A stretch of 27,722 nt of DNA from positions 1 to 27,722 of the IMG/VR virus record IMGVR_UViG_3300020376_000009. One strand, 5' to 3'. The first letter of the stretch is position 1. Every line of letters starts with the position of its first letter. Positions 1 through 8,875 of the stretch are shown piece by piece. Origin of the DNA: a virus. Its lineage: Duplodnaviria; Caudoviricetes. Under the pieces are notes generated by a model. The model was not told the DNA's origin and searched no databases. It worked only from the letters and a program-made list of their open reading frames with translations. The position numbers and the translations under genes are program-made.

Positions 1-1
1 T

Positions 2-1717
2 GTTAGCAGTTGAGTCGTACCACAAGTCACCAGAACTTGCAGAAGCAGGGGCAGATGAAGCTATCGTGTATTCATCAGCGTACCTGTTCACATCAGCTAT
101 AGCACCAGCAACTGTATTTACATTCGCTACAGAACCACCAACTAAATTGACGTTGGTTATTGAACCAGCAGCTAAGTTGATATTGGCAGCATTTGCTACT
201 GCACTGTTGATGTTAGCTGCGTTAGATACTGCACTGTTGATGTTGGTGTTATTACCAGCTACCGAGTTGACGTTAGCTATTGAACCGCCTACTGAATTTA
301 CATTAGCTATTGCACCAGCCACTGTATTTACAGAGGTGATTGAGTTGCCTACAGTCGTGATTGAATTACCAGAACCTGTGGTAACCGCAGCCGTTATCGC
401 ACCCAAATCTTCAGAGTAAACAATGTCACCAGCTACAATATCAATAGCAGCTTGGTTGGCTGAAGTAGGAGCAGTCGCTGCCCACGATGATGTGGCTGTG
501 CTGTATGCTCTTAACTCGTTGTTTGATGTGTTCCACCATAAGTCACCAGAGTCTAGTGATGAGGTAGGAGCAGTTGAATTAATACGATACTTTTGAGCAA
601 AGCTACTAACGTCTGCTATGGACGCAGCTAACGTATTCATATCGGATACAACATCAGAAGTTCCAAGGATTACCATGTCAGCAACAGCAGAAGCTGTGCC
701 TAACAATCCAATCTGAGTCGCCTTGCCTGCTACAACTCCAATGTCGGTGGCATCATTTGATACCGCAGTAACACTTGCTTGAATACCAGACACAGTATTG
801 ATGTGTCCTTGCTCAACTGAAGTGGGCTTTAGTGTTTCCCAAGCAGAACCAGTGTAACCATACATACGTGATGATGGAGTGTTCCAATACATCGAACCTG
901 CTAAAAGTGCATCACCATCATTGTTAACGGTGGGGACTGAACTCTTTGCACCAAGGAATCTGTCATCGAAGGAATCTAAACTTGCTGCTGCATTAGTCTC
1001 ACTTGTCGATGCATTAGTCTCACTTGTACTGGCTGCGCTTTGAGAAGCCAATGCTTCAGCAGCTTTAGTTGTGGCAATGACTGCTTTAGCTGTGGAAATT
1101 ACAGCCTGTGCAGTTGAGATTACTTGTGACGCACTAGACTCACTCGCCTTAGTCGTGGAGATAACAGCCTGTGCTGTGGAGGTAACCTTAGAAGCTTCTG
1201 AAGCTGTTGCACTCGCACTCGCAGCGTTCTGGGAGACTAGCGCAGCAGCCTTTGATGCGTCTGCTAGAGCAAGTTCAGAAGTCATCCCAGACTCGGCCCA
1301 GGATTTAGTAACAGCGTCTTGTGCATCTACAGGATTAGCTACACTCTTAATGAGTTTGCTACCCGCATTAAAGGTGTTGTTGTAGTCCAGTTGGATTGTA
1401 GTATCTGACGAATCAAATGCTTCTTGTGCTAGATTGAATAGCTGATTACTGTCAGCATCTAGCGCAGCTTCAGTAAGTAATGCACCATCTTGGAAATCAA
1501 CGACACGCGCTGTTCTAGATGAGGTTCTTCGCACTTCTACGAATGCACCGGATGCAGGGGCGACTGTTGTCTCAATACTGCTGGAGGTCAGCCACGCAAA
1601 TGTAACAGCAACATTGTTCACTTTAACACCGACTTCTGATTGTTGCAGATAAGTGAATGTTAAGTTGAATGCTTTGTTGCTGCCATCACCTGTGTATGTC
1701 ACAAAGGATAAGGCCAT
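2..1717 (-). CDS. Tail fibre protein (T7 gp17-like N-terminal adaptor), partial, runs off the left edge
   Basis: Not in the ORF track because it has no stop in the window. Manual translation from ATG 1717 gives MALSFVTYTGDGSNKAFNLTFTYL...VEVRRTSS...VVDFQDGALLTEAALD, the typical gp17 N-terminus. It continues into an Ala/Ser/Thr-rich coil, a 'DSFDDRFLGAKS' segment and 10-aa repeats. It follows the gp16-like gene. Confidence 0.92.
   Translation of the reverse strand, partial: MALSFVTYTGDGSNKAFNLTFTYLQQSEVGVKVNNVAVTFAWLTSSSIETTVAPASGAFVEVRRTSSRTARVVDFQDGALLTEAALDADSNQLFNLAQEAFDSSDTTIQLDYNNTFNAGSKLIKSVANPVDAQDAVTKSWAESGMTSELALADASKAAALVSQNAASASATASEASKVTSTAQAVISTTKASESSASQVISTAQAVISTAKAVIATTKAAEALASQSAASTSETNASTSETNAAASLDSFDDRFLGAKSSVPTVNNDGDALLAGSMYWNTPSSRMYGYTGSAWETLKPTSVEQGHINTVSGIQASVTAVSNDATDIGVVAGKATQIGLLGTASAVADMVILGTSDVVSDMNTLAASIADVSSFAQKYRINSTAPTSSLDSGDLWWNTSNNELRAYSTATSSWAATAPTSANQAAIDIVAGDIVYSEDLGAITAAVTTGSGNSITTVGNSITSVNTVAGAIANVNSVGGSIANVNSVAGNNTNINSAVSNAANINSAVANAANINLAAGSITNVNLVGGSVANVNTVAGAIADVNRYADEYTIASSAPASASSGDLWYDSTAN
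95..375 (-). repeat. Imperfect 30-bp (10-aa) coding tandem repeats in the tail fibre
   Basis: Units translate as VNTVAGAIAN / VNSVGGSIAN / VNSVAGNNTN / INSAVSNAAN / INSAVANAAN / INLAAGSITN / VNLVGGSVAN / VNTVAGAIAD. Confidence 0.8.
990..1027. repeat. Direct repeat of 17 bp at 21-bp period (TSETNA x2) in the tail fibre
   Basis: gcattagtctcacttgt occurs at 990 and at 1011. Confidence 0.8.
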
Positions 1718-1749
1718 GTTAATTCTCTATGTTTTAAATATGGGGAAAT

Positions 1750-1776
1750 AAAAGAAACCCCTCGACTGAGGGGCTT
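1750..1776 (-). terminator. Putative intrinsic terminator between the gp16-like gene and the tail fibre
   Basis: Minus strand reads AAGCCCCTC-AGTC-GAGGGGTTT-CTTTT, just after the stop at 1788. Confidence 0.7.
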
Positions 1777-1787
1777 GTTGGGGTTAG

Positions 1788-4700
1788 TTAACGTGCAAGT
1801 TTAACTTCACGCTTCTTATCTTCAAGAACATCATAAAGTTCTCTGAACGCATCGGATTCATCAAGGAGCCTTTTCTTGGCTTTCTTTCTGTATTTTTTAA
1901 TAATCTCCGACAACATATTGATATGAGGTGAGTCAACATCAAGGTAAGGTGATTTAGGTTTAGTCTGGTACTGATTAGAATTTATTTTATCGTAGAGAGC
2001 TTCCTCAAGAGTCTTTCCTCTTATGACCTCTTCACCGATAAACCTGTTGTACTTTGCGTAAACAGATTCAGTTTCATTCCTATCATAAACCTCACGATAA
2101 TCCTTTCTACCTGCATTTAGGTTTCTAGGGGGTTCTCCCAACAGACCATCTTTATCTTGCACAACTCGCAAGTCATAGATTTCTGTCATAACAGTTTTAG
2201 CCATGTTTGAAGTATCAGCACGGACGTTCGGTTGCTTAAATAAGTTCCACCCGTCATTGGGTTTTAACTTAGGCTGGCCGGTAATGTCATATTGCATACC
2301 TAACTCTTGGGACCAGCCATCAATCTTACGCTGCACCTTCTCTAGTAACTCAGTTGCCTCACGCACATTAGGGTCAGAGTTCATCTGGCTTAATGCGTTA
2401 GGAACAAACGATGTGACTACAGAGTGTCCAGTGGTGATGAGCTTATTATTTTCACCTGCCAATAATTTCATCCAATCATTGATAGATGAGAAGTAGGCTT
2501 TGTTAAGTATGCTTTGAACTAAAGCAACCTGAACAGCCTCTACAACATGAGCAGTTCCATCTTGAAATCTCTCTGGGTCCATCTTCCAGATGTAATGAGC
2601 ATTTGCCATAACACCCATGACAGTTGAGAAAGGTTCAATCTTTGCATAAGGAACCCACTCACCAGCAATTTTAACTGAGTATGGTTTGTTACCTGCGGCT
2701 ATCCAAGCTGCCTGTGCTTTGTAGTCACTAGGTCCACCACCTGTTAATTCACCTGTGTCAGATTTAAACCACAAATAAGCACCAGCCATTGCTCCAACTT
2801 TCTTACGCATACGGAGTTTAGCTATCTGTACCTTGTCTCCTGATTTAAGAATGGCATCTTGTTTAGCAGATATAAACCGCATTACAGGAATACCAAATAT
2901 TGATTCAGGTATAGGAGCGTACTGAAGTGCATAGGAAATAGAGTTAACTGGTGCGCGTCTGAATGGCAGGACTAAAGCTCCTAATCCACCACCAGAACCA
3001 GCGATTCCATTTACCAGCCGACCTACGTCACCAACAAGTTCTTCAGTGAATGTCTCCATGCGTATCTCACGCATAATCGCTTCACCTTGAGCTGCTGCTT
3101 TTCTCCCTGCTGGTGTGTTGGTTTCATCAATCTGCTTTACTGCACCATGCTCATCAAACATAGAGGCGATGTGCTTTTGTATGAACACTTCAGCTTCAGC
3201 ACTTCCCTCTTTAAAGGCAACCTTTCCTTCTTTAGCTGCATTAAGTTCTAATCTCTTAACCTCAACAACCGCGTCAGCAAATGCAAGAGAATGAGCGCGT
3301 GTGAACTTGTGCTGCTCGTCCAATGCCATGAGTATTGTGTGAGCATAACCTGTGATGTTCTCATAGATAATACGTTTCTTAGACTTAAACTTATTGCCTA
3401 AAGCATTAGCATTAGATTCCATGTGAGTTACGTTAGGGTCAGTAAGATGAACGCCAAGCTTTACAGCCCGCATTGCTTCTTTCCATCCTTGCAAGTAATA
3501 CTGCATGTTGCCAGAGTATTGTGCTAATGCTCTAGCACGGGCTAACTTATCTTCAACCTGTGATGCCCTTGATGCCTTGGTCAATCCAAAGTTATGACGG
3601 CTTGCATATTCAAGTGCAGGCTCCCAAATCATGTGGAAATGGTTAGACACAGCGGCCATTGTCATGGTGGTTAATCCACCCAACATAGAACCAGCACGGA
3701 TACGATTTATTTCCGCAATAATTCTTGCCAATCTTGAAGGAGCTAATTCTTTTGCAGCACTTCTAGGGTCCTTAATCTTGCCACTCTCAATGCCTGCTAT
3801 AATAGAATCAACAAGGGCATCAATAACAAACGGCCCATTGCCATTCTCTATAGCCTCTACTGCATTCTGGTCGAGCAGTGGCAGAAGGACTTCAGCTTCA
3901 GATTCAGCAATTGCTTCTGTAGCATCTTTTCCTTTTACAACATCTGCGTCTACGTCCATGTGACCACGAATCAAACTATCATCTGATATAGCCATAGCTC
4001 TTCTTGAACCAAGAACTCTTGAAGCTCCAACAGATTGGTCAATGGTTACAGGAACAAGTTGGTTAATCATTTGAACTACTTTGACTAACTCAGCCTTTTC
4101 AAGCGCACTAAGACCACCATCATCCTTATGCTTGTAAGCAAGTTCTTTAAGCTTATCATAAGTCCAAACGTGCAAATCACGGGTGGCTTTGATGCGGTTA
4201 ACGATTGCTGCCATTTCTACGACATCACCTTTAACAAGCTTCATAACTTCATCAAAGTTAGCACCTGTCTTTTCAGCCATATCTTTAGCAGCAGCACGTC
4301 CTTCTTCAATGACTTCAGCCATAGTCTTAGCTTCAAGAGGATTCAGCTTACGATGCTGTTCAGCACGTTCTAGAACTAAGTTCTTAGTATCCTGTGCCGT
4401 TCTCATGCGGTTAATGTTGTATGGCATCTTCGCAGGTTTAGCTTCATCGTATATCTTAGGCTTCTCGTCTAATGCTTTGCTTTCACCTTTAGGCCGCCGA
4501 GGTTTCTTTGTTGGTTCATAAGTAGCATTTACTGATAGGTCACCATCTAAATCAACGTCTTTGTTTTTAGCAGAGTCTTTGATTTTAGCCTTTACTGTTG
4601 TCCCCATCTCTTTGATTTCTTCAACAGATTTATCAGGGAACACACCACGCAAGAAACGCATGTACTCTTCATGTGATTTAGACTTACCTTTACCAGCTAC

Positions 4701-6026
4701 AATATAGAGTGCTTTATCAACGTCACTTTCAAACTTAACATTGTAAGAATCTTGTCCATAATTATAGCGAGGCTTTGCACCTGCTAATCCTTTGGGCATA
4801 ACTGTAGTTGGCTTTAACTCTTCAACAACATATTCACTTGAATCATCTGCGCCTTTGGCAGAAGCAGATGCTAGTTCTTGAGCATAGTCGTCTTCAATGT
4901 TACGAGATAGAAATGCCAAGTCATCTTCAGGGATGTCATCACCAAGTTCATTAAGCATCTCAGCCATGTAGTCATCATCAGACACAGTTTCTAAGTCATC
5001 AACTAAGTCAATGGTTTCATCAACCTGTTTTGGCGCAGCCTCAACAACCTCATCAATAGATTCATCACTGAGTTCAACAACCTCATCAGTTACAGGGGTT
5101 GCCTCTTCAACAACTTCATCGACAGCTTCATTAGCATTCTTGGATAAACCTTTAGATGCTCCGCGAAGAGTGAGTGCTGTTAATCCTCCAATAATTAGAT
5201 AACCACCTGCTGCGCCTGCTGCTGTATAGGCTGCTGTTTCAAGATAGTTATAATCATCTCTTTGGCCTGTCTCAACATCAATCTTTTGGTTAAGAAGGTT
5301 ATCAACACCCATGTAACCACCAACTTCAACAGCACCAACTGTGCCTGCGCCTGCTGTGGTTTTCATCAGAGAACGGACTAATGCGCCTGCTATTGGCTTT
5401 AAAACAATCTTAGATAGTGCGTTAAGAACAAAGCTCAATCCTATATAAGTTGTAGGGTCACTAGCTAAACCTGCAGCAGCACGACCAGTAGTCTTCCATG
5501 AAGTAGGTAGTTCCTCATAGTTAGCCATAAGGCGTACAAGGGCCTGCTGTTCTTCATCAGACCAACCACCAACACTAAACGCTAGCTCACCTGTCTTAAC
5601 CATGTTCCAGCGTGTAGTACCTAACCAATCTAAACTTTCGCGTGTGAAATCGCCATCGCTTAATGATTGGATATGCTGTGCTTGGTAAGCGGCTTCAGAA
5701 TCTTTCTCAGCACTCAGCGTTGACCTGATGCTCTCTAGACTACGAGCAGGCATTCCTTGTGCCATCTCTGCAGCAATGTGCTGACCTTGAGTTTCAGACT
5801 GACGCTGTGGTGCTTTAATAAACTTACTAGCTAACATCCTAGAATCAGCTATCGACTGAGAATCAGCGTGAAAGGTTTCCTCGTTGTATACAGGACCTTT
5901 CTCCCTGCCACCAAAGTAAGGTGAAACATAGGTGCTTGGTGATTTAGGAACATCTCCTACTTCTTCTTCTTCGATACCTGAATATGGCGATACATAGTCA
6001 GGGTCGTACTTAGTTGCTGTAACCAT
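1788..6026 (-). CDS. Large internal virion (ejection) protein, gp16-like
   Basis: 1412 aa, last of the core genes before the tail fibre. C-terminal segment GELTGGGP...PYSVKIAGEWVPYAKIEPF resembles that of T7-like internal virion proteins. Hydrophobic Gly/Ala-rich segments lie at about aa 190-285. Confidence 0.8.
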   Translation of the reverse strand: MVTATKYDPDYVSPYSGIEEEEVGDVPKSPSTYVSPYFGGREKGPVYNEETFHADSQSIADSRMLASKFIKAPQRQSETQGQHIAAEMAQGMPARSLESIRSTLSAEKDSEAAYQAQHIQSLSDGDFTRESLDWLGTTRWNMVKTGELAFSVGGWSDEEQQALVRLMANYEELPTSWKTTGRAAAGLASDPTTYIGLSFVLNALSKIVLKPIAGALVRSLMKTTAGAGTVGAVEVGGYMGVDNLLNQKIDVETGQRDDYNYLETAAYTAAGAAGGYLIIGGLTALTLRGASKGLSKNANEAVDEVVEEATPVTDEVVELSDESIDEVVEAAPKQVDETIDLVDDLETVSDDDYMAEMLNELGDDIPEDDLAFLSRNIEDDYAQELASASAKGADDSSEYVVEELKPTTVMPKGLAGAKPRYNYGQDSYNVKFESDVDKALYIVAGKGKSKSHEEYMRFLRGVFPDKSVEEIKEMGTTVKAKIKDSAKNKDVDLDGDLSVNATYEPTKKPRRPKGESKALDEKPKIYDEAKPAKMPYNINRMRTAQDTKNLVLERAEQHRKLNPLEAKTMAEVIEEGRAAAKDMAEKTGANFDEVMKLVKGDVVEMAAIVNRIKATRDLHVWTYDKLKELAYKHKDDGGLSALEKAELVKVVQMINQLVPVTIDQSVGASRVLGSRRAMAISDDSLIRGHMDVDADVVKGKDATEAIAESEAEVLLPLLDQNAVEAIENGNGPFVIDALVDSIIAGIESGKIKDPRSAAKELAPSRLARIIAEINRIRAGSMLGGLTTMTMAAVSNHFHMIWEPALEYASRHNFGLTKASRASQVEDKLARARALAQYSGNMQYYLQGWKEAMRAVKLGVHLTDPNVTHMESNANALGNKFKSKKRIIYENITGYAHTILMALDEQHKFTRAHSLAFADAVVEVKRLELNAAKEGKVAFKEGSAEAEVFIQKHIASMFDEHGAVKQIDETNTPAGRKAAAQGEAIMREIRMETFTEELVGDVGRLVNGIAGSGGGLGALVLPFRRAPVNSISYALQYAPIPESIFGIPVMRFISAKQDAILKSGDKVQIAKLRMRKKVGAMAGAYLWFKSDTGELTGGGPSDYKAQAAWIAAGNKPYSVKIAGEWVPYAKIEPFSTVMGVMANAHYIWKMDPERFQDGTAHVVEAVQVALVQSILNKAYFSSINDWMKLLAGENNKLITTGHSVVTSFVPNALSQMNSDPNVREATELLEKVQRKIDGWSQELGMQYDITGQPKLKPNDGWNLFKQPNVRADTSNMAKTVMTEIYDLRVVQDKDGLLGEPPRNLNAGRKDYREVYDRNETESVYAKYNRFIGEEVIRGKTLEEALYDKINSNQYQTKPKSPYLDVDSPHINMLSEIIKKYRKKAKKRLLDESDAFRELYDVLEDKKREVKLAR

Positions 6027-7954
6027 TAGTTACTCCTGATGCTATCCCTATAATGGGCCATAGTTATTTTGGGTTTATTGGCTTGGTAGTAAACAGCAAA
6101 TGAACCTTCGCCATAAATCTTTTCAAATATCTGCCACTCAGCAAGTCCTACTAGAGATTCTTCTTGTAATGATTTAGCGTCTTCAATAGTAAATTCACGG
6201 GCTGGATTGAAAAGAACTCTCATTCTTAACTCAGGTTTAATATGCTCCGAAATTGCTTCAGCAGATAGATTTCCAGATAGGCTAGATAAACCAGATGTTC
6301 CTATGCTGTTTATTCCCAACAAATTAATTTTCCCATCTCCCTCTGATGCTGCCTTAGAAGCTTTAACTGCATCGTCTATGCCAACCCTGTAGTCTCTATA
6401 GCCCTGCTCGTCTTCATCTCTTTTAGAAATTTCATCAGCATAATTATTAGACATTACACCTTTCACATGTTCTGCCATTGATTGAAGTTGAGATGTGGTG
6501 GGAGCCATATTACTTTCAGTATCGTAATGCTGTGCAATAAGATTATTCATCTCAGAATTCCACTCATTGACAAGCTGTTCTTTTTTAGCAAGACCAACCA
6601 TGTCATAGTCATCTTCCATCTTAACAATGCCAGCAACCCATAAATCACGAGGCTTAGTGTTAAGTGTGTTGCTAATTAGTGGAGAAGCTTGCTCTATTGC
6701 TTTGAGCATTGCCTGTGCTTCTTTTAGACGTGATGGATGTATTGCTTGGTTGGAAACCATTTGAACTAATTCAGCATACGAAGCACCCATGTTTGGGTTC
6801 TGTCTATTTGCCATAAGCAATGTAGAATAGTTAATGAAGTTCTTTTCTTGTGTTGAACTTTCTTGACCGCCTGCTCTCATTTTGTTCACAGCGTCCATCG
6901 TTGCGGTCTGTTTTTCAGGAGATATTCCAGCTTGAGTTAAGTAGTTAATTATATCTGCAGGTAGTTCAGTTACCGGAACATCAGAGTTAGAAATAGTTTC
7001 AACAAAGCTAGCGTGTGCTTCTATCTTTTCCTTTAGCACCCTCGCTTTTGAGGCAGCAGCCTCTGCAATATCCCTACTGTTAATCTTTCTTGCCGCAGCA
7101 TCCTCTGCAATCATTATTGCTTCAAACGCTTCAGGCCTTAACTCACCATTCTTACCTTTTGCATACCTGACTAGCTTCGCCATGTGAAGATACCTTTCAG
7201 CATTCGCAGGGTCGTTACCTTTAGCCATTGACAGTAATGAATCAAACACAGCTTTATTAGCCTGACCTTTTGTAAGGTGGGTTGTTTGTGACATTTCAAC
7301 AGCTAAGAAATCCATAGATTTAATGCGCTCTTTAAACGCTTGTGGGGGCAACGTACCACCAAGCCCATCTTCACGGGAGTTGACTGCCTTCTGGTGAACA
7401 ATGCCATCAACACGCATGGATAGATTATCCATAGTCTCGCCAATGGCTCTTTTATCAATGAACTCCATGTGCCTTTTTTGAAAATCAATTTTAGCTGCTT
7501 TAAGGATGTTACCTGCTCCAGCAATTAAGAACTGGCTACCACCGCCACCCTGCATTTTAGACAGCACTTCACCAAACTTCTCATTAAGGAAAGGTTCTAT
7601 ATCAGTGCCAAGGTCATTTGCCCCTAGAAGAAATTCCTGAAATTCAGATTCAAGTTGTGGTAGTGAGTCAGTGGCATAGCGCATTCCCCTATGCTCAAAC
7701 CTGTAAGCGACTGCATCAGGACGTGTGCTTGCAAACCCTACTCTGCTATGAAGGTCTTCGGGGCCCTGTCCTAATGCTTCAGTTACTGCATTAATCTCCG
7801 CATTCTTTATAGCGCGGTCATTGTCAGTTTTATCTATAGACTGCATCAGCTTGCCTATAGCTGCTGCGTTGCTTTCAAACTCAGGACGAACATAAGTGTC
7901 CATTGCCCTAGCTGCTGGCTTAAGAGCAGTTACTTGTAGTTGACGTTGTGCCAT
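6026..7954 (-). CDS. Internal virion protein, gp15-like
   Basis: 642 aa, helical-looking composition, between the gp14-like and gp16-like genes. TAATG stop/start overlaps on both sides. The call rests mainly on synteny. Confidence 0.7.
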   Translation of the reverse strand: MAQRQLQVTALKPAARAMDTYVRPEFESNAAAIGKLMQSIDKTDNDRAIKNAEINAVTEALGQGPEDLHSRVGFASTRPDAVAYRFEHRGMRYATDSLPQLESEFQEFLLGANDLGTDIEPFLNEKFGEVLSKMQGGGGSQFLIAGAGNILKAAKIDFQKRHMEFIDKRAIGETMDNLSMRVDGIVHQKAVNSREDGLGGTLPPQAFKERIKSMDFLAVEMSQTTHLTKGQANKAVFDSLLSMAKGNDPANAERYLHMAKLVRYAKGKNGELRPEAFEAIMIAEDAAARKINSRDIAEAAASKARVLKEKIEAHASFVETISNSDVPVTELPADIINYLTQAGISPEKQTATMDAVNKMRAGGQESSTQEKNFINYSTLLMANRQNPNMGASYAELVQMVSNQAIHPSRLKEAQAMLKAIEQASPLISNTLNTKPRDLWVAGIVKMEDDYDMVGLAKKEQLVNEWNSEMNNLIAQHYDTESNMAPTTSQLQSMAEHVKGVMSNNYADEISKRDEDEQGYRDYRVGIDDAVKASKAASEGDGKINLLGINSIGTSGLSSLSGNLSAEAISEHIKPELRMRVLFNPAREFTIEDAKSLQEESLVGLAEWQIFEKIYGEGSFAVYYQANKPKITMAHYRDSIRSN

Positions 7955-8412
7955 TATGCTATGTCCCCATTGGCTAGCTGGTCTTTGTTGTAGATGTCAT
8001 ACATCTCTAAACCAACTGGTATCAGACTTGGGCCTTTCTTCATACGCCCTGTCGATTGAACTTGGTAACCTTGCATCTCGTATTGCTTCTGCTGAACATC
8101 CATTTCATAGTTCTTATTAATGTTGTCCTTGTTACGAGCTTCAGTGGCTCTCTGGTTACGGACTAATCTACCAACTAACGAACCACCCATGCCTTCTGTG
8201 TTTGCATAAACAGCCGCTTGATTTTCTACAGCTAATATACTGTCTTGGAATAGCTGGTCAGACATTTGAGCGTGTGTCTGTAGCGAGGCCTGTTGGGTTT
8301 GGTTTACTTTCTGAAAGTAGTCTTCTCTTGCTGCTTTGTTTTGTGCATCTGCCGCTGCTTGCTTTTCAGCAAACTTCATCAGAGACATACCGATTTGAAC
8401 TGGGTCACACAT
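7954..8412 (-). CDS. Internal virion protein, gp14-like
   Basis: 152 aa, MCDP start, Gln/Ala-rich, directly after the gp13-like gene. Confidence 0.72.
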   Translation of the reverse strand: MCDPVQIGMSLMKFAEKQAAADAQNKAAREDYFQKVNQTQQASLQTHAQMSDQLFQDSILAVENQAAVYANTEGMGGSLVGRLVRNQRATEARNKDNINKNYEMDVQQKQYEMQGYQVQSTGRMKKGPSLIPVGLEMYDIYNKDQLANGDIA

Positions 8413-8875
8413 TTTGATTCACCTTTGCGAATTCATAGAATGGAGCTTTACCTACCCCATAGTTAGGGTTCAGATAAATCATTTGGAAGCCAAGCCATTG
8501 AAGCCATCTAATGGCTCTGTGGTTATCAGCGTGTACATAATTCACTAGGACTTGGTAATCTGTTTCAATTGTTGTAAGCCACTTTTTGCATTCACGCCTG
8601 AACTGACCAGCGTACTGGTAGATGCCTGCGCTGCCTAACATCCAAGGGACTCCTAGAAAATCCTGGCTTGCCATTACTACACCGAACATTGCAAATGGAA
8701 CATCATCCTCATCAACAGCAACATAGGCTGTATCAGAGGCGTTAAAGGATAATGTCAGGGCCGTTACTGGCCCATATCCACAGGAGAGTTTTAGCTCATT
8801 CTTATCTGCCTGACGCAAGCGCGGGCCTAGCGTATTACAATCATTTAATTTTGCTGGCCTAACGCGAGCTACCAT
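8405..8875 (-). CDS. gp13-like protein with a probable GNAT/acetyltransferase-like fold
   Basis: Motifs LRQADKNEL, AMFGV, PWMLGS and NYVHADNHRAIRWLQWLGF. Follows tail tube B. Confidence 0.8.
   Translation of the reverse strand: MVARVRPAKLNDCNTLGPRLRQADKNELKLSCGYGPVTALTLSFNASDTAYVAVDEDDVPFAMFGVVMASQDFLGVPWMLGSAGIYQYAGQFRRECKKWLTTIETDYQVLVNYVHADNHRAIRWLQWLGFQMIYLNPNYGVGKAPFYEFAKVNQNV

Noticed and set aside
95-375. CRISPR-like array or diversity-generating retroelement repeat
   Set aside because: The repeats are degenerate, in-frame coding units without unique spacers, and no reverse transcriptase or cas gene is in the window.
66-1385. Plus-strand ORFs 66..419 and 1071..1385
   Set aside because: They are antisense shadows of the repetitive tail fibre gene on the minus strand.
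3216-3225. AAAGGTTGCC promoter-like match inside the gp16-like gene
   Set aside because: It lies within coding sequence (GKVA) and its downstream half diverges, so it is plausibly chance.
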